In this document: positions 34,102 to 46,837 of the stretch, piece by piece
Position numbering within the stretch: the first letter of the stretch is position 1
How the letters are laid out: the number at the start of each line of letters is the position of its first letter
Assembly (NCBI GenBank): GCA_002269645.1
Contig: NIVC01001206.1
Span: 109,850 to 173,849 of the forward strand
Source of the DNA: Macrostomum lignano
Taxonomy: Eukaryota
Reading direction: 5' to 3'
DNA: 64,000 bases
Notes under the pieces: model-generated
Told to the model about the DNA's origin: nothing
Databases searched by the model: none
The model's input: only the letters and a program-made list of their open reading frames with translations
Program-made: the position numbers and the translations under genes

Positions 34102-34552
34102 AGAGCTGCTGGCTTCGCGCCGATTTCTCTGCACAATACCTGCTGATTTCGATTTTTGTTGCAGCTGCTCTATTGCGTAACTAGAACTATGATGTCGAAA
34201 GGGAGTCTGGATATCCTTTGATCGGAGCAAACAAGTGTCAGTTAGATGAACCAGTCTGCTTCCCCTAGCAGATACCCGCGCAGAGTCTCATATATTAAAA
34301 TTGTCGCAATATATTATCATATTTAAGGCCATGCCCAGTTGAGCACAGCTGCAAACAGTCGCACATTGCCTCGCTATTTCCGCCTGCAGTGTCTATAGTT
34401 AAACTGCTTCACTAGTGCAGTGATAGCGCATATAGGATTGCAACGCTTCCCTCTCTTCTCGTTTGAAATTTTCATGTGCACCCCTAACTGCACATTGCAG
34501 CTGACGCCAATCCATCCATGAACTACTTGTGTCTGTTTATTATCCCCTAAAA

Positions 34553-35085
34553 CTGGGGTCGGCTAACCTCAAGAGCCAGATTGAGAACCCAGCTATTGGC
34601 TCGGGCTGAAGAGAGGAGAGAGAAGAGGGGGGGAGAGGGAGGAGAGGAGAGGAGAGGAGAGGAGAGGAGAGGAGAGGAGAGGAGAGGAGAGGAGAGGAGA
34701 GGAGAGAGAGAGAGAGGAGAGGAGAGGAGAGGAGAGGAGAGGAGAGGAGAGGAGGAGAGGAGAGGAGAGGAGAGGAGAGGAGAGGAGAGAAGAGAGAAGA
34801 GAAGGGAGAGGAGAGAAGAGGAGAGGAGAGGAGAGGAGAGGAGAGGAGAGGAGAGGAGAGGAGAGGAGAGGAGAGGAGAGGAGAGGAGAGGAGAGGAGAG
34901 GAGAGGAGAGGAGAGGAGAGGAGAGGAGAGGGGAGGAGAGGGGAGGAGATGTAAAAAGAGAGAGGAGATTAGAGAGAAGCGAGCTGAGAGAAGACACAAA
35001 AACGGCAGGATTGCTATTGTGTGAAGTTTCAAAGGACCCGTGGGCCGGATAGACAGGCTTCGCGGCCGGAGTTTTCTGACGCCTG
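34553..35085 (-). mobile_element. hAT (Charlie-like) MITE with 8-bp TSD, carrying a (GAGGA)n tract
   Basis: Imperfect TIRs ctggggtcggctaac / gttttctgacgcctg; flanks ccctaaaa and ccctaaac (7/8 match); subterminal GGCCCG/CGGGCC motifs. Confidence 0.7.
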
Positions 35086-35844
35086 CCCTAAACTGAAACT
35101 AATACACCGGTTCCTTGTCGATCGCGCAGCAGCACATTGGTTCGATTCAGCGCCCTGTCCAGTCACTTCCTGGATCTCCATGTCACACACAATTTCGATT
35201 TATTTTATTGTTGTTGTGCTTGCTTACAGTCCCCCGTTAGACACGGGCACCGAGTGTGCCCAGACACATAATTACTCTCGGATGTACATTGTTGTTCGTT
35301 GTGTTGTTTTTTTTTAATTTTTGTGCAAAAGCACAGCGAGGTGGAGGCAGGCCTCGCACTGTTAAATACACGCGCGCGTCCGTACAATCAATCGCTGCAC
35401 ACGTTTTTCGTCGCTTTGATAGGCGTTTTTTTGGGTTAAATAGATTAGATTGTACGCCACACTACTTACAGCAGACGGGTGGAATAGTAATGTATATTTC
35501 AGCATGTCAGTTGTTGCTTATAGTTATTCTAAAATCCTTAAGCAAGTTTATAGCTTCAAAGTGCAGAATAAATTCTCTATTAACAGTAAGGAAACATTTA
35601 GTTTGAAATATTTACTGAATAAATACTCCTTGTAAGGCACTGCAAACCAAAAAACAAAACAATGCAATAGACAAAGTTACCGAATGGAGAAGAAAAATAA
35701 AATAAACAAGCACATTTTATGAATATGAGCTATATGGCAATGGAAACTTTTCATATCACTGCCAAACCGGCAAAGTTGCTGGTTTTCTACTTCTACTAGC
35801 ATGGACTGCAATCCATGCTACTTATAGTAGTCCACGCCAGATGG

Positions 35845-38800
35845 CTAAGAAATTTGCTTATCGTCAGTCCACGGGGCGCCAGCCGAGTACTCGCAGCTCA
35901 TCCGGCCTCCTCCGCCTTCCGATTCGCGAAGAATCTCGGCTTCAACGCGCAGGTGCCGACCGCGCAGCCGCCTGCCGCAGCTTTCCGCCGCCGCCGCCGC
36001 CGTGACCGCCGCTGCCGACTGCAGCTGCTGAAGCCGCTGCGGCTCCACGCCAGGCCGCCAGCCGTCGCGCGGCAGCGGCACGCCCGGCTGGAAGATCCGA
36101 CGGAAAAGGGCGAGCGCGACGTCCTGGTCTCGAGCCAGGAGCTCGGACACCGTGGCGCCGACTACCGCTTCCAGCTTGTCAACGGGCACAACGATGAGCT
36201 CCGTAGCTGAGGCTGCGTACGCGGAGGTCGATCGCAGACCCTGTCGGAGCATCGCCTCGGTGCCAACCAACTCGCCGGGCTCGTGCGTGTCCAGCAGCTG
36301 GCTTGGCCGGTTGGGCCCCGGGGTGGCCGAGCTGGTGACGCGACCGGAGTAGACGATGAAGAGGCTGGTGATCTGGTCCGAGCCCTGGCAGGAGAGGAAA
36401 AAGAGAAGGAAGAGCTCAGAATATGAGCTAAAGGGGGCAAGAATATTGGGTACTGTGGTCACTAATGCAGGTTCCTTGTTCAGTCGCATCAAGACACAGT
36501 GACTCATTTTATCTGATTGAAAAGAGAGAAAAGGAAGCTGTTGGAGTTCATAGCTCGTGCGTGTCTGATAAGGATACGACGAAAGAATGCACAAAAGAAT
36601 GTCTGTTTAACCGTTCGCCCACCTCCAAGAAGATGCTCTGGTTCGGCTGCTTCTCATCGATGCACGACATTATGCTGGCTTGGCTGGCCCTCAGCCTCTG
36701 CAGCTCGCGGTCGGTGAACAGCCGTCCCACTTGCTGATGGCACATCAGGGCTTCAAGGCCGAAGGCGTAGACTCTGCCAGCAGCCGCTGGCAACGACTCG
36801 GCCGATGCTGCGGCGGTTAGCAGCTGCAGGTCGGCCTCCGCTGCGCTGGGGTACCTGGCCGCCAGGTAGGCTCGAAAAGCGTCCGGCCGGCGCAGGAAAA
36901 TGTCGCGAAATTCGCAGCCAATTGCCGTCTCAAGGACGTGCTGATTGACTAAGGCGAGCTCCGTGCCGTCCTGCTTCGCGCGAGCTTCGAAGCAGCACAC
37001 GGCCGGCAGGTAGAGCTGCTCGGGGCACAGCAGACTGCCAGCCGGGCGAGTCTCTGTCCGTTCCTGAAAAATATAGAGAGATTTCCCGAGAGTTCCTGCG
37101 AGTTTCAATTGGGCTTCAATGATATTTCAAACCTGCGAGATGCAGCCGCTTCCACCGCCGCAGCGCGCTGTGTGAGTCACCTCCGCCTCGCCGCTCTGCA
37201 AGAAGTAGATGATCCGCCTGCGCGAGGCCTCCTCTGTGACCATCAGGTCTCCGTCGGAGAATCGGCCGCCGCCACGGCCGCCCAGAATAACCGCCCGATG
37301 GCAAAGCCGCAGTGACCTCAGTTCGCTCGCAGTCAGAACATCATCGCCAAGGGGCTCCAGCATCTGTTGAATCTGGGCAGCCACCAAGCGCATCACCGCC
37401 AAGGCCTTGAAGGTGAGCTCGTCCCGGCCGGCTGGCAGACCGCCGCTTTGCTCGCTGCTCAGGAGCTCGTCCCTAGTCGGCGGAAACACCTCGTCCCGGA
37501 AGGCTCGATCCTCGTCTACCGCTGTCAGCTGGGCAGCGCCAACACACCGACGGAACGTCTCCGTTCTTCGCTTCATCACCGAGATGAAACTGCGGCAGAG
37601 GCCCTCCTCCATGGCATCGACGTCCAGCGCAACCACCGTGCAGGCCGTGTTGGCGTAGGCGGAACGCTGGCAGTGGCAGGCGCTCTGAAGCAGCAGCGAC
37701 TCCAGGCAGGCGCAGCCGCCGCGCCTGACGATTCCCAGCAGGGCGTGCGACCCGTCCGGCCCCACCGGCGCCGTCTCGCGCAGCTCGCCTTCCAGTACAA
37801 CGTACACATACTTCGCGTAGTCGATGCCCTCTGCGTAAAGGCAGTCATTTTTCTGTAGCGTCAAAATATGCGTCGCCATCTGCACCCGGTCGCCGAAGAG
37901 GCCGTCCAGTTCAGTTGGCCGCAGGAGGCCGCTGAGCTGCGGAACTCGGCACAGGCGCAGCACGGAGCGTCGGTGAATGGCTGGCAGGTTCAGCCTGCTC
38001 CGGGCTTGCTCGGCCTCGGCGGCAGCGGCGGCCTCGGCAATCTGCTCGGCATCGGCCGCGGCGGCCGCGGCTGCTGCAGCCTCCTCTTCGTCGCGGGTCA
38101 ATTCAGAGCGGAGCTCTTCGGAGGCGCGCTCCAGCGCTTCGGAATCCTCAATCAGCTGGTTGAAGATCGATCGGGGGCACAGGCCGACTTCAAGGCTGAC
38201 TAGAGTTGAAAGCTCCTCGACTGTAGCGGTGTAGGGCGACGGCAGGCGGAGCAGCGCCTGGCAGCAGACTGTCCGGCCGGCGCCGCGGCGCGCTGAGAAG
38301 CCGCGAGAGTCGGTCAGGCTGACTCCGCCCTGCAGGATGCAGAAGAGCCGGTCGGGCACCGAGCCTTCCTCTTGCAGCACGTAGCCGGCTTCGTAGTCGT
38401 AGGTCTGCAGTTTTTAATTTTTGCATCATCCTACTAGTAGTAGTTTACTACTATCAAGAAAAATGTTGAACTTTTTAAACTCTTATAGATTAATTTACCA
38501 TGCACTTCTTGAATCGTGAAAATTTACTTTGGATGCTTTTGCGGCCTGTAAATGACAACTTTAAAAACTTTCATGGAAAATTTTGAACACACTATTAACA
38601 ATATATTGATACTGAGACTAACAATTCCTATTCGCACCTTTAACGGCTCGTCCCAGCTCTCAGCCAGGGCGTGCAGCTCTCTAGCGGGCAGCGGCCGCAG
38701 GTACTTGATGCTGCGAAGGCACTCGAGAAAGGCGCCCCGGCGGATCTCATTGGCCGCGGCCGTCAAACCGCCGAGGTCCTTCAAGCCGAGGGAGAACAGC

Positions 38801-39390
38801 AGCGAGTCCTCGGCGGCCACGCAGCTGAACTGGGAGGCCTGGCCGATGCACAGCGGGTCAAAGAACAGCTCGGCTCCGCACTCAAGCAGTCCGGTCTGGT
38901 ACTGCAGGCCGCAGGGCGCCGGGTGACTGCGCAACGCCCTGAGCTGGCCTTTGTAGACCAGGTAGCACTGCTTGATGGGGTCCCGTTCGCGAATGAGCCT
39001 CTTGCCAGCTGGCAGGCGTAGCGGGCTGAACGCATCGATGAAGGCGTGGATGAGCTCGCTAGTGTAATACAGGGCCGGCCGGCGGAGCCAGGCGTCCAGC
39101 AGGAACAGCCGCTCCTCCGGCCTCTTGCGCTGCTTCGGCAGCTGCGCCAGCACCCGGTTGGGGTCCTGCACTACCGAGTGCGACAGGCTGACGCTCGTCA
39201 CAACGCTCTGCACTTCCGGTACGCGAGGCCGGTAGCGCGGGCAGCCGCACTCGAGGCGCTGACCGTTGCTGCCGCCGCTGGCGCTGCTGCTGAGACTCTC
39301 TTGCAGCACGCCGTCGTTCGCGTTCGTGTTGGCGTCAGGCGATGGCGGGCTGATCAGGACGAATAGTTCGTTGACTTCGGTTGAGCTCAT
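35845..39390 (-). CDS. Protein of five tandem degenerate cyclic-nucleotide-binding (CAP/CNB) domains, predicted 1001 aa. Exons 39390-38638, 38404-37133, 37063-36623, 36384-35845
   Basis: Five repeats of the CNB pattern (e.g. AGKRLIRERDPIKQCYLVYKGQL; AGYVLQEEGSVPDRLFCILQGGV; KNDCLYAEGIDYAKYVYVVLEGEL; DGDLMVTEEASRRRIIYFLQSGEAEV; FLEGSDQITSLFIVYSGRV..GELVGTEAML..LRSTSAYA). Three phase-0 GT-AG introns give 3006 nt of uninterrupted frame. Confidence 0.85.
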
Positions 39391-39557
39391 GATTATTCTG
39401 ACAATGCGATTGTTGCCTTTTGACGTCTGTTTTACCCCAATTCGCTTTCCTGGCGAAAACTGCATTGAACTCGGTGCGTTCGAGCAAGGCTGAAAATGGA
39501 AATGCCATAGACAATGCGATCTCTGAGCTTCTTGTTGATGGTCTTGTTAAAAATTAT

Positions 39558-40197
39558 CAGGGACTTCTGTGATATAAACTTACCAGAGAATAGAAAAGAC
39601 CGCAGAAGGGCAGCGGAGGATTGAAGGGGCGGAGGGTTGAAGGGGCAGAGGATTGAAAGGGTCGGAGGGTTGAAGGGGCAGAGGATTGAAAGGGTGGAGG
39701 GTTGAAGGGGCAGAGGATTGAAAGGGTGGAGGGTTGAAGGGGCAGAGGATTGAAAGGGTGGAGGGTTGAAGGGGCAGAGGATTGAAGGGGCGGAGGGTTG
39801 AAGGGGCAGAGGATTGAAAGGGTGGAGGGTTGAAGGGGCAGAGGATTGAAAGGGTGGAGGGTTGAAGGGGCGGAGAGTAGAAAACAGAGGATTGAAGGGG
39901 CGGAGAGTAGAAAACGGAGGATTGAAGGGGCGGAAAATAGAAAACGGAGGATTGAAGGGGCGGAGAATAGAAAACGGAGGATTGGAGGGGCGGAGAATAG
40001 AAAACGGAGGATTGGAGGGGCGGAGAATAGAAAACGGAGGATTGGAGGGGCGGAGAATAGAAAACGGAGGATTGGAGGGGCGGAGAGTGGAAAACAGAGG
40101 GTTGAAGGGGCGGAGAATAGAAAACGGAGGATTTTAGGACCTAGGGGTAGGATCCTCTTTTCTATTCTATGGTAAATCTATATCGTAGAAGTCCCTG
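39558..40197. mobile_element. Non-autonomous DNA transposon with 42-bp TIRs, 7-bp TSD and an internal minisatellite
   Basis: TIRs begin cagggacttct and match at 37/42; aaattat directly flanks both ends; interior consists of ~30-bp repeats. Confidence 0.8.
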
Positions 40198-40736
40198 AAA
40201 TTATTGATTTGTTTCAGACTAACAACAAACTTTTGTAATTGGAATGAGTTATGATAAGGTTTTAACTTGATGTTTGATCTGGCAATAATATCGGGAAAAT
40301 TCCAACAATGGAGAATTTCAGATAAACAGCAGATTCTGTGGATGCATCAGACACGAAGGAGGAAAGTGAAGTTGATTGACAGCGCCCATCGCATCCCCGC
40401 TGCGTGGCTTCCCTAGTTCTTGACCAGCTATGGAAACTTCTGGAATCCCCACGAGAATGGCGAGGTTTCAGCTTAGACGCGATGGGGAACAAATCATGCT
40501 GGGAAGGGAGAAATAAAATGAAGGGATTTCCATGTTCGGCCAGTGACTAGCTGTCAATGCCAATTATAGTCAGCCGGCATATCCGGCACAGTTTTTGAGA
40601 TTCTCCAGCTATATTCGCTAAACCTACTTGCAGTAGTTTAAATGGGGATTTTGTCTTTTTTGCATTCGTCTTATATCAGAATTAGGAAGTTTAGAAATTT
40701 TACAAATGGATTTAGTCTATTTAGTGAAATCGTATC

Positions 40737-40813
40737 TTAGGGTTAGGGTTAGGGCTAGGGTTAGGGTTAGGGCTAGGGTTAGGGTTAGGGCTAGGGTTAG
40801 GGTTGGGGTTAGG
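40737..40813 (+). repeat. Interstitial telomere-like repeat (TTAGGG with periodic CTAGGG)
   Basis: About 13 hexamers with an 18-bp TTAGGG-TTAGGG-CTAGGG period. Confidence 0.9.
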
Positions 40814-42159
40814 TGAAGTCTGATTAAAGTCTGGTGAAATGCGTCAACGTTGTTCAACTTAAAAACAAAACTTGTACGAACTTTTCTGTGCCTGCGTCCC
40901 CACCTGGTTCGTGAATTATCAATTTTAGACACGAATTCAAAATTTGCCAGCTCTGGGCCTTGCTTGACTTGTCTCGGTTCAGTTATTTTAAAAACCTGAC
41001 TCAGCTCAACAGAATTATGCAATCAGCCTGTCTGCCACTGACCCTCCTTTGCTGCTCCATGAATTGAGCTGAGAATGGCCCGCGGGGTCAGAGCTTGCGT
41101 CCGCCAGTGCGACTACAAGCTAGATTGGCAGGTGTCAATCAAAGCCTGTCAAATTCACCCCCCCCCCTAGAGCCGGGGCAGAGTGTTGACTTTCGCCAAG
41201 TGGGTCCGCCCCCCCCCCCGAAGGGGCAGACTTCTAGACACTATTCCATTGCTTATCCTATCCTTTTAACTGGCAAGACAGGGCTAGGAGGGCATGGACG
41301 TCTAGGAGCTCGATATCTGGACTGGAGTATCTGCGAGTCTGTGGCGCAAGAGTTTACCGCGGATCGTAAAGGTATCTTAGACGGATACCTATTTAGTAAG
41401 CGTTGGTTTTCCTATCCAGATCTCTAGTCCGAGAAGTCCCTGTCAGTGGATAGCCAACCAACCTCCTTTTCGCCTTTCTTAGGGTCTTGGCGAGAAGGGA
41501 ACCGCAGAGAGAGAGAGAGAAAGAATGACAGAAAGAAAAACACGAGCCTGAAAGCCTGGAGGGGGCCGGGGCCCGACCCTGCCTAGGCAAACAGTTCGCC
41601 ATATAGAGAAATAGTCTGGCCGCAATGCCCACTCGCTAGAATAGATCTAAACACAGGGCTCAGACAGTATACACACAGGCCCAGTCCCAGACTGATTGAT
41701 TGACTGGTGTGCCAGGGGCAGGTCCAAGTTATTCGCTCAATTCATAATTGGCCCAGTGTTGCTGGTTAACCAAGGGGCTCGGCAGACTTTGTCCATGTAC
41801 AGATGGATATCTCTGTGAGAGCTTGTCAATACTGTCTAATGCTCTCGATGAGACCCGGGATTGGGAAGGATTTTCTGCGGCCAGAGCCCCGGGCTATTTT
41901 GAACAAATTGTCATGCTTTTAGCCTGTCGAATTGCGACTGCTAAAATATGGAGATTTTTTCAGTAAACTGCCTACCCAGAGCTCAGAGAGACCGGCTGTG
42001 CCGGCTCCCATATCCCCCAGGAGGCAGTCGACTGGAAATGGGGAATGGGCGAGAGATGGGCGAGTGCTGCTCGAGTGGCTCTGAATACCGCAGCGATGCT
42101 CTGGGATTCCCGCTGGCTTTTATCAATAGAGACGCATTATCGAACAGCCTATGCATGCC

Positions 42160-42847
<688 letters not shown>

Positions 42848-43762
42848 GCAAAAGGCAGCAGTGTATTAGCAGTTATCCGAAGTGTAGAGTGTATAGCAAA
42901 AGCAATGGCCATTTCGAGGCCATATTGGGCAAAGATATTCGCCCAGCAGAGTTCGGTGCGGCTTTATTGAATAGAGTCAAGAGCAATGGCAGCAGCATAT
43001 TATCAAGAGCGAAAAGTTGGAGGGCCATGCGCTTTGCAACACACAGACGTGCTTTGTACACATGTACAGTGGCCCCGAAATATCTAGCAGCACTGCCAGT
43101 ACAATAAAAGCAAGTACAGTTTCAGCTGCAGCGGTTGACTTATAGAGGCTGAACATTTTGCGGCTGTCCCGCTATTTTAGGTACAAAAAAGTCCCACACG
43201 GCATTGCAGTGCCGCTGTTAAGCATGCATTCACAAGTTACTTCAAAATGTTTGCGTTCAGGATAGATAGATATAGAGGCTGTCTTAAACAGTCTGTCATT
43301 CTGTATTTACAGCATACTAACAGTTCTGAATTAGGTAAGTGGATGAGGTAGACAAGCAGTTAACAATGGAACGGGCCCAAAATTGCCCATCAGTAGCCAT
43401 AATGAGATCATGAAGTTCGGGGGGGGGGGCAATTCGAATCACGGATGACGTTTTATGACGAGCTGTAGACAGACAAGTTACAGTGAGCGTAAGCAAATTC
43501 AAGGGCAAAGAATGTTCCCATGGATACGAACCTACAGCTAAACACCTATAGCAACACTCGCTAGGCTTGTGCGCAAGGCAAGAACGGGAGCAGGTCTAGC
43601 AAAGCTTTAACTCGAGGGGAAATCTACCGAAAAAGCGTCGATAATCGGGGTTTGCAAAATCGTATCTAAGGGAAACACCGCGCGCTAAGATGCCGGTAGA
43701 ATTCGAACTGAGGCGATGAGAGAGGCGGGATCTGGGATCTGGGGAGGCTGTGTCGGTGGTCC

Positions 43763-46320
43763 CTACGAGAACACGCGGCGCACGAGGCATCTGTGCAGCT
43801 CGATTTGCTGTTCGCATCGCTGGCAGACCACCTTGATTGGATTGTAGCGCATTGCGCAATTGCACCAGTCGGTCTTGTAGTGATACTCAACCCGGTGATT
43901 CCGGTTGCCGCAGCACAGGTGAGTGCACGACCTGTGATTGCTGCGCGGCACAGTCACGTTGCAGAGCCGCTCGTCAACTCCGTAGTAGCCGGCCAGCTCG
44001 TTGCGCTGGCAGAAGTCCGGCGGCTGGTTGGTGTACACCAGCAGCTTCTTGCGCACCCGTTTTACTCGACGCTGCCGCTCGTCGTGGTAGAAAAGCTGCG
44101 ACGCCATGCGACGCCGGCCGATCCGACGCTTGTCTGTCGAGGATGCTGCTCCGGTGGACGAAGTCGAGACCGACGGCGACAGAAGCTGCTGAATGACAGC
44201 CGGCGGCAGGACGTGCTTGGATTTGACGAATAGCTTCTGCAGGTTGCTCTCGATGCGGCGCGAATGTCGGCGAAGGCCTTTGATGCAAATTCGCTTGGAG
44301 CAGGAGCCGGAGATGCCCAGACAGTTGCAGATGCTGATGCGACTGCGCTTAACCACCTGCAGATTGGTGCGTGTGCTTAGGTGCTCAGGTCCCTTTTCTG
44401 GCGTTTATTAAGCCTTCAAAGTTGTGCACTTTAGTGTGTTTGTTAGCTATAATCTACAATCTATAATCTGCTTGCGGCAACGCAAGCAGTCTTGAAAGTG
44501 CATAGATACATGTACGTACTTTTGGAACGTCAGGGGTGGGAAGTGGGTATCGTACCAAGCTTGCTTTCCCTTAGCCCTATTTCCCTTTCCCTTAGTAATT
44601 GTTCTTCCGTTAGTTTTTGCCCCCCCCCTTGTGCTGGCTGGCTGGTTGAGTAATCTTTGAACGAGCGCAACTCACAATGTGACCCGCCCGTCTGTTGTGA
44701 AAGTTGACTTTCTCGATAAAATTCATGTCCGGCGCGAATCCGCGCGAGTCGCTGAAGAACTGTCGAACCCTCTGGCTGGCCAGCGCGATGTTGTCGTCAC
44801 AGGTGGGCACATTCAGGTTACCGTACTTCTCGCTGATCTTCTCCGGGTTCAGCATCTTCAGCTGCTCTTTGCCCAGCGCGATGCTTCGACGCGGTCGCTC
44901 TCGACGATCGTTCGGTCGGCGGCGTCGATTCTGGCGCCGGTTTTTGCGCCGATTCTTGCGTCGATTCTGGCGCTGTTGGTCTTTGTTTCTTCGGCCGACT
45001 CGCTGACGGGGCGTCTGGTGGCACGGACAGTTGAGGCCGGGGACGCCGCGGCGACAGGCCATGACCAGCTCCTCGATGGCTTTGCTGACCGAGATGGCCC
45101 ATACAAAGGCCGCCTGCGGATATCCTGAGGAGGAGTTGGAATAGCAATTATGCGCTCATTTTTCAAAATTTTAGGCCTATGGTTGCTTGTATTTGCCAAT
45201 GGTTTCCTGTGGTTTTCGATGGTTTCCTGTGGTTTTCAATGGCTTTCTGTGGTTTCCAATGGTTTCTTGTAGTTTTCAATGGCTTTCTGTGGTTTCCAAT
45301 GGTTTCCTGTGGTTTTCAATGGCTTTCTGTGGTTTCCAATGGTTTCCTGTGGTTGCCAATGATTTTCTGTGGTTGCCAATGGTTTCCTGTGGCTTCCAAT
45401 GGTTCCTTGTGGTTGCTAATTGACTATTGTTTACCATTGGCTTATGGTTCACACCAGCTCACCCGAGTTAAGAAACGGCGCAGCAAAAGTGCAATTCCAG
45501 CGCTCGTTGCGAAACATCGATTGACAGATTTTGTAGCCATTGGACAGGCCGATGTGCACAAACTGGTCTGATAGGCTGGCCTCGCGACAGTAGGCCGCCT
45601 GGCGACTGCCCGGCACCGACAGCTCGCCGCCGCTGCCGCCGCCGACAACACTGATACCACTTCCAACATCGCCGACATCGCCACTGACCCTGCCGACACC
45701 ACCGACACCGCCGACACCACCGACACCGCCAACACCGCCGACACCGCCGACACCGCCGCCAACACCGCCAACACCGCCGACACCGCCGACACCGCCGACA
45801 ATGCCGCACATGGCCTCCCGACTTGTCGTGAGAAAGTGGAGAAAAGTTTGCGCATTGAATCGGTCGCTGTCGGAGTCGCTACCGACGCCGTCGCTGCCGC
45901 TGCTTGCCGGGTCTCGCCTGCCGGAGCTTTTGTAGCTGAATATGCTTCTGCGAATTCCGGAGTTTGGGAAGATTTTGTCTGATTCTTAAGTAAGTTTAAG
46001 CTCTGTTCTACCCAATACCGTTAATCCCTATACTCAGATCTACTTCCAAAGCACTATAAAATTTACCCTACATTGTAAATATATATGTATTATGCCATTA
46101 TCCCTACATTCTCAAACTCTTCCCAAATTCTATTTTAACTCTCCCTAAATTCTACTCACCCATCCGCATACGGACAAGCCGCCACGATCCAGCAGAGCAC
46201 CGCAACGCCAATCACGAAGTTGATTCGGCGGATTCGCCAGACATTCGAGTCTGTTGATCTCGTCGCCGATGCAGCCTCCGATCCGTCTGTATCGGCCGAG
46301 TCAGACTCCTGCGACTTCAT
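43763..46320 (-). CDS. wnt: Divergent Wnt-family ligand, left-arm copy, predicted 562 aa. Exons 46320-46160, 45947-45463, 45124-44676, 44356-43763
   Basis: CQSMFRNERWNC, AAFVWAIS..AC..G..C.C, CDDNI, NFHNRRAG, CNCLGISGSC, LLVY..PPDFC, LCCG and terminal Cys; consistent GT-AG phases. The exon 2 acceptor could alternatively lie 12 nt downstream. Subfamily not assignable by eye. Confidence 0.93.
45185..45420. repeat. 20-bp intronic minisatellite (tggtttcctgtggttttcaa)
   Basis: About 12 copies in Wnt intron 2; mirrored at ~58145-58380. Confidence 0.9.
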
Positions 46321-46545
46321 CGCGGTTGTCCCTGTCTAGAGATTGCTAATTGGAATCTTCTGAATCGAAGAGATCTCACCCAGACCAGAGAGAAGTGACG
46401 GCTTGACTGGGCCAGTGGTTTATCTGTGGAAGACATTGAAAGCCGGTACTGAAGTGGACAGGGGGGGGCGAACTCTCAGCCAATCAGAGCTTTCCTATGC
46501 GGTAATTGGCCCGGCATTGACCACACTGTTCTTATCTATCTGAAT

Positions 46546-46837
46546 CAGGGGTTGGCACACTCCGGCCCGCGGGCCACATGCTCTCTAGCCGGCCCTCGGA
46601 TCCTTTGAAACTTCCCATAGCAATCCGGCCCGCTCAAGGTTTGCGTCTCTTCTCTCTTCTCAGCTCTCTTCTCAGCTCTCTTCTCAGCTCTCTTCTCAGC
46701 TCTCTTCTCAGCTCTCTTCTCAGCTCTCTTCTCAGCTCTCTTCTCAGCTCTCTTCTCAGCTCTCTTCTCAGCTCTCTTCTCATTCGCTAGGTTCTTTACC
46801 TGCTCCAAAAATTAAAGAATAAACTTGCCGATCCCTG
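46546..46837 (+). mobile_element. hAT-like MITE with an internal 12-bp repeat (ctcttctcagct)
   Basis: Termini caggggttggca / tgccgatccctg; subterminal ccggcccgcgggcc; homologous to 33008 and 35020-35085; no TSD seen. Confidence 0.55.

Noticed and set aside
41095-41430. ORF ending LDWSICESVAQEFTADRKGILDGYLFSKRWFSYPDL
   Set aside because: Starts at a non-ATG codon, is not preserved as the same ORF in the mirror arm, and has no recognisable motif
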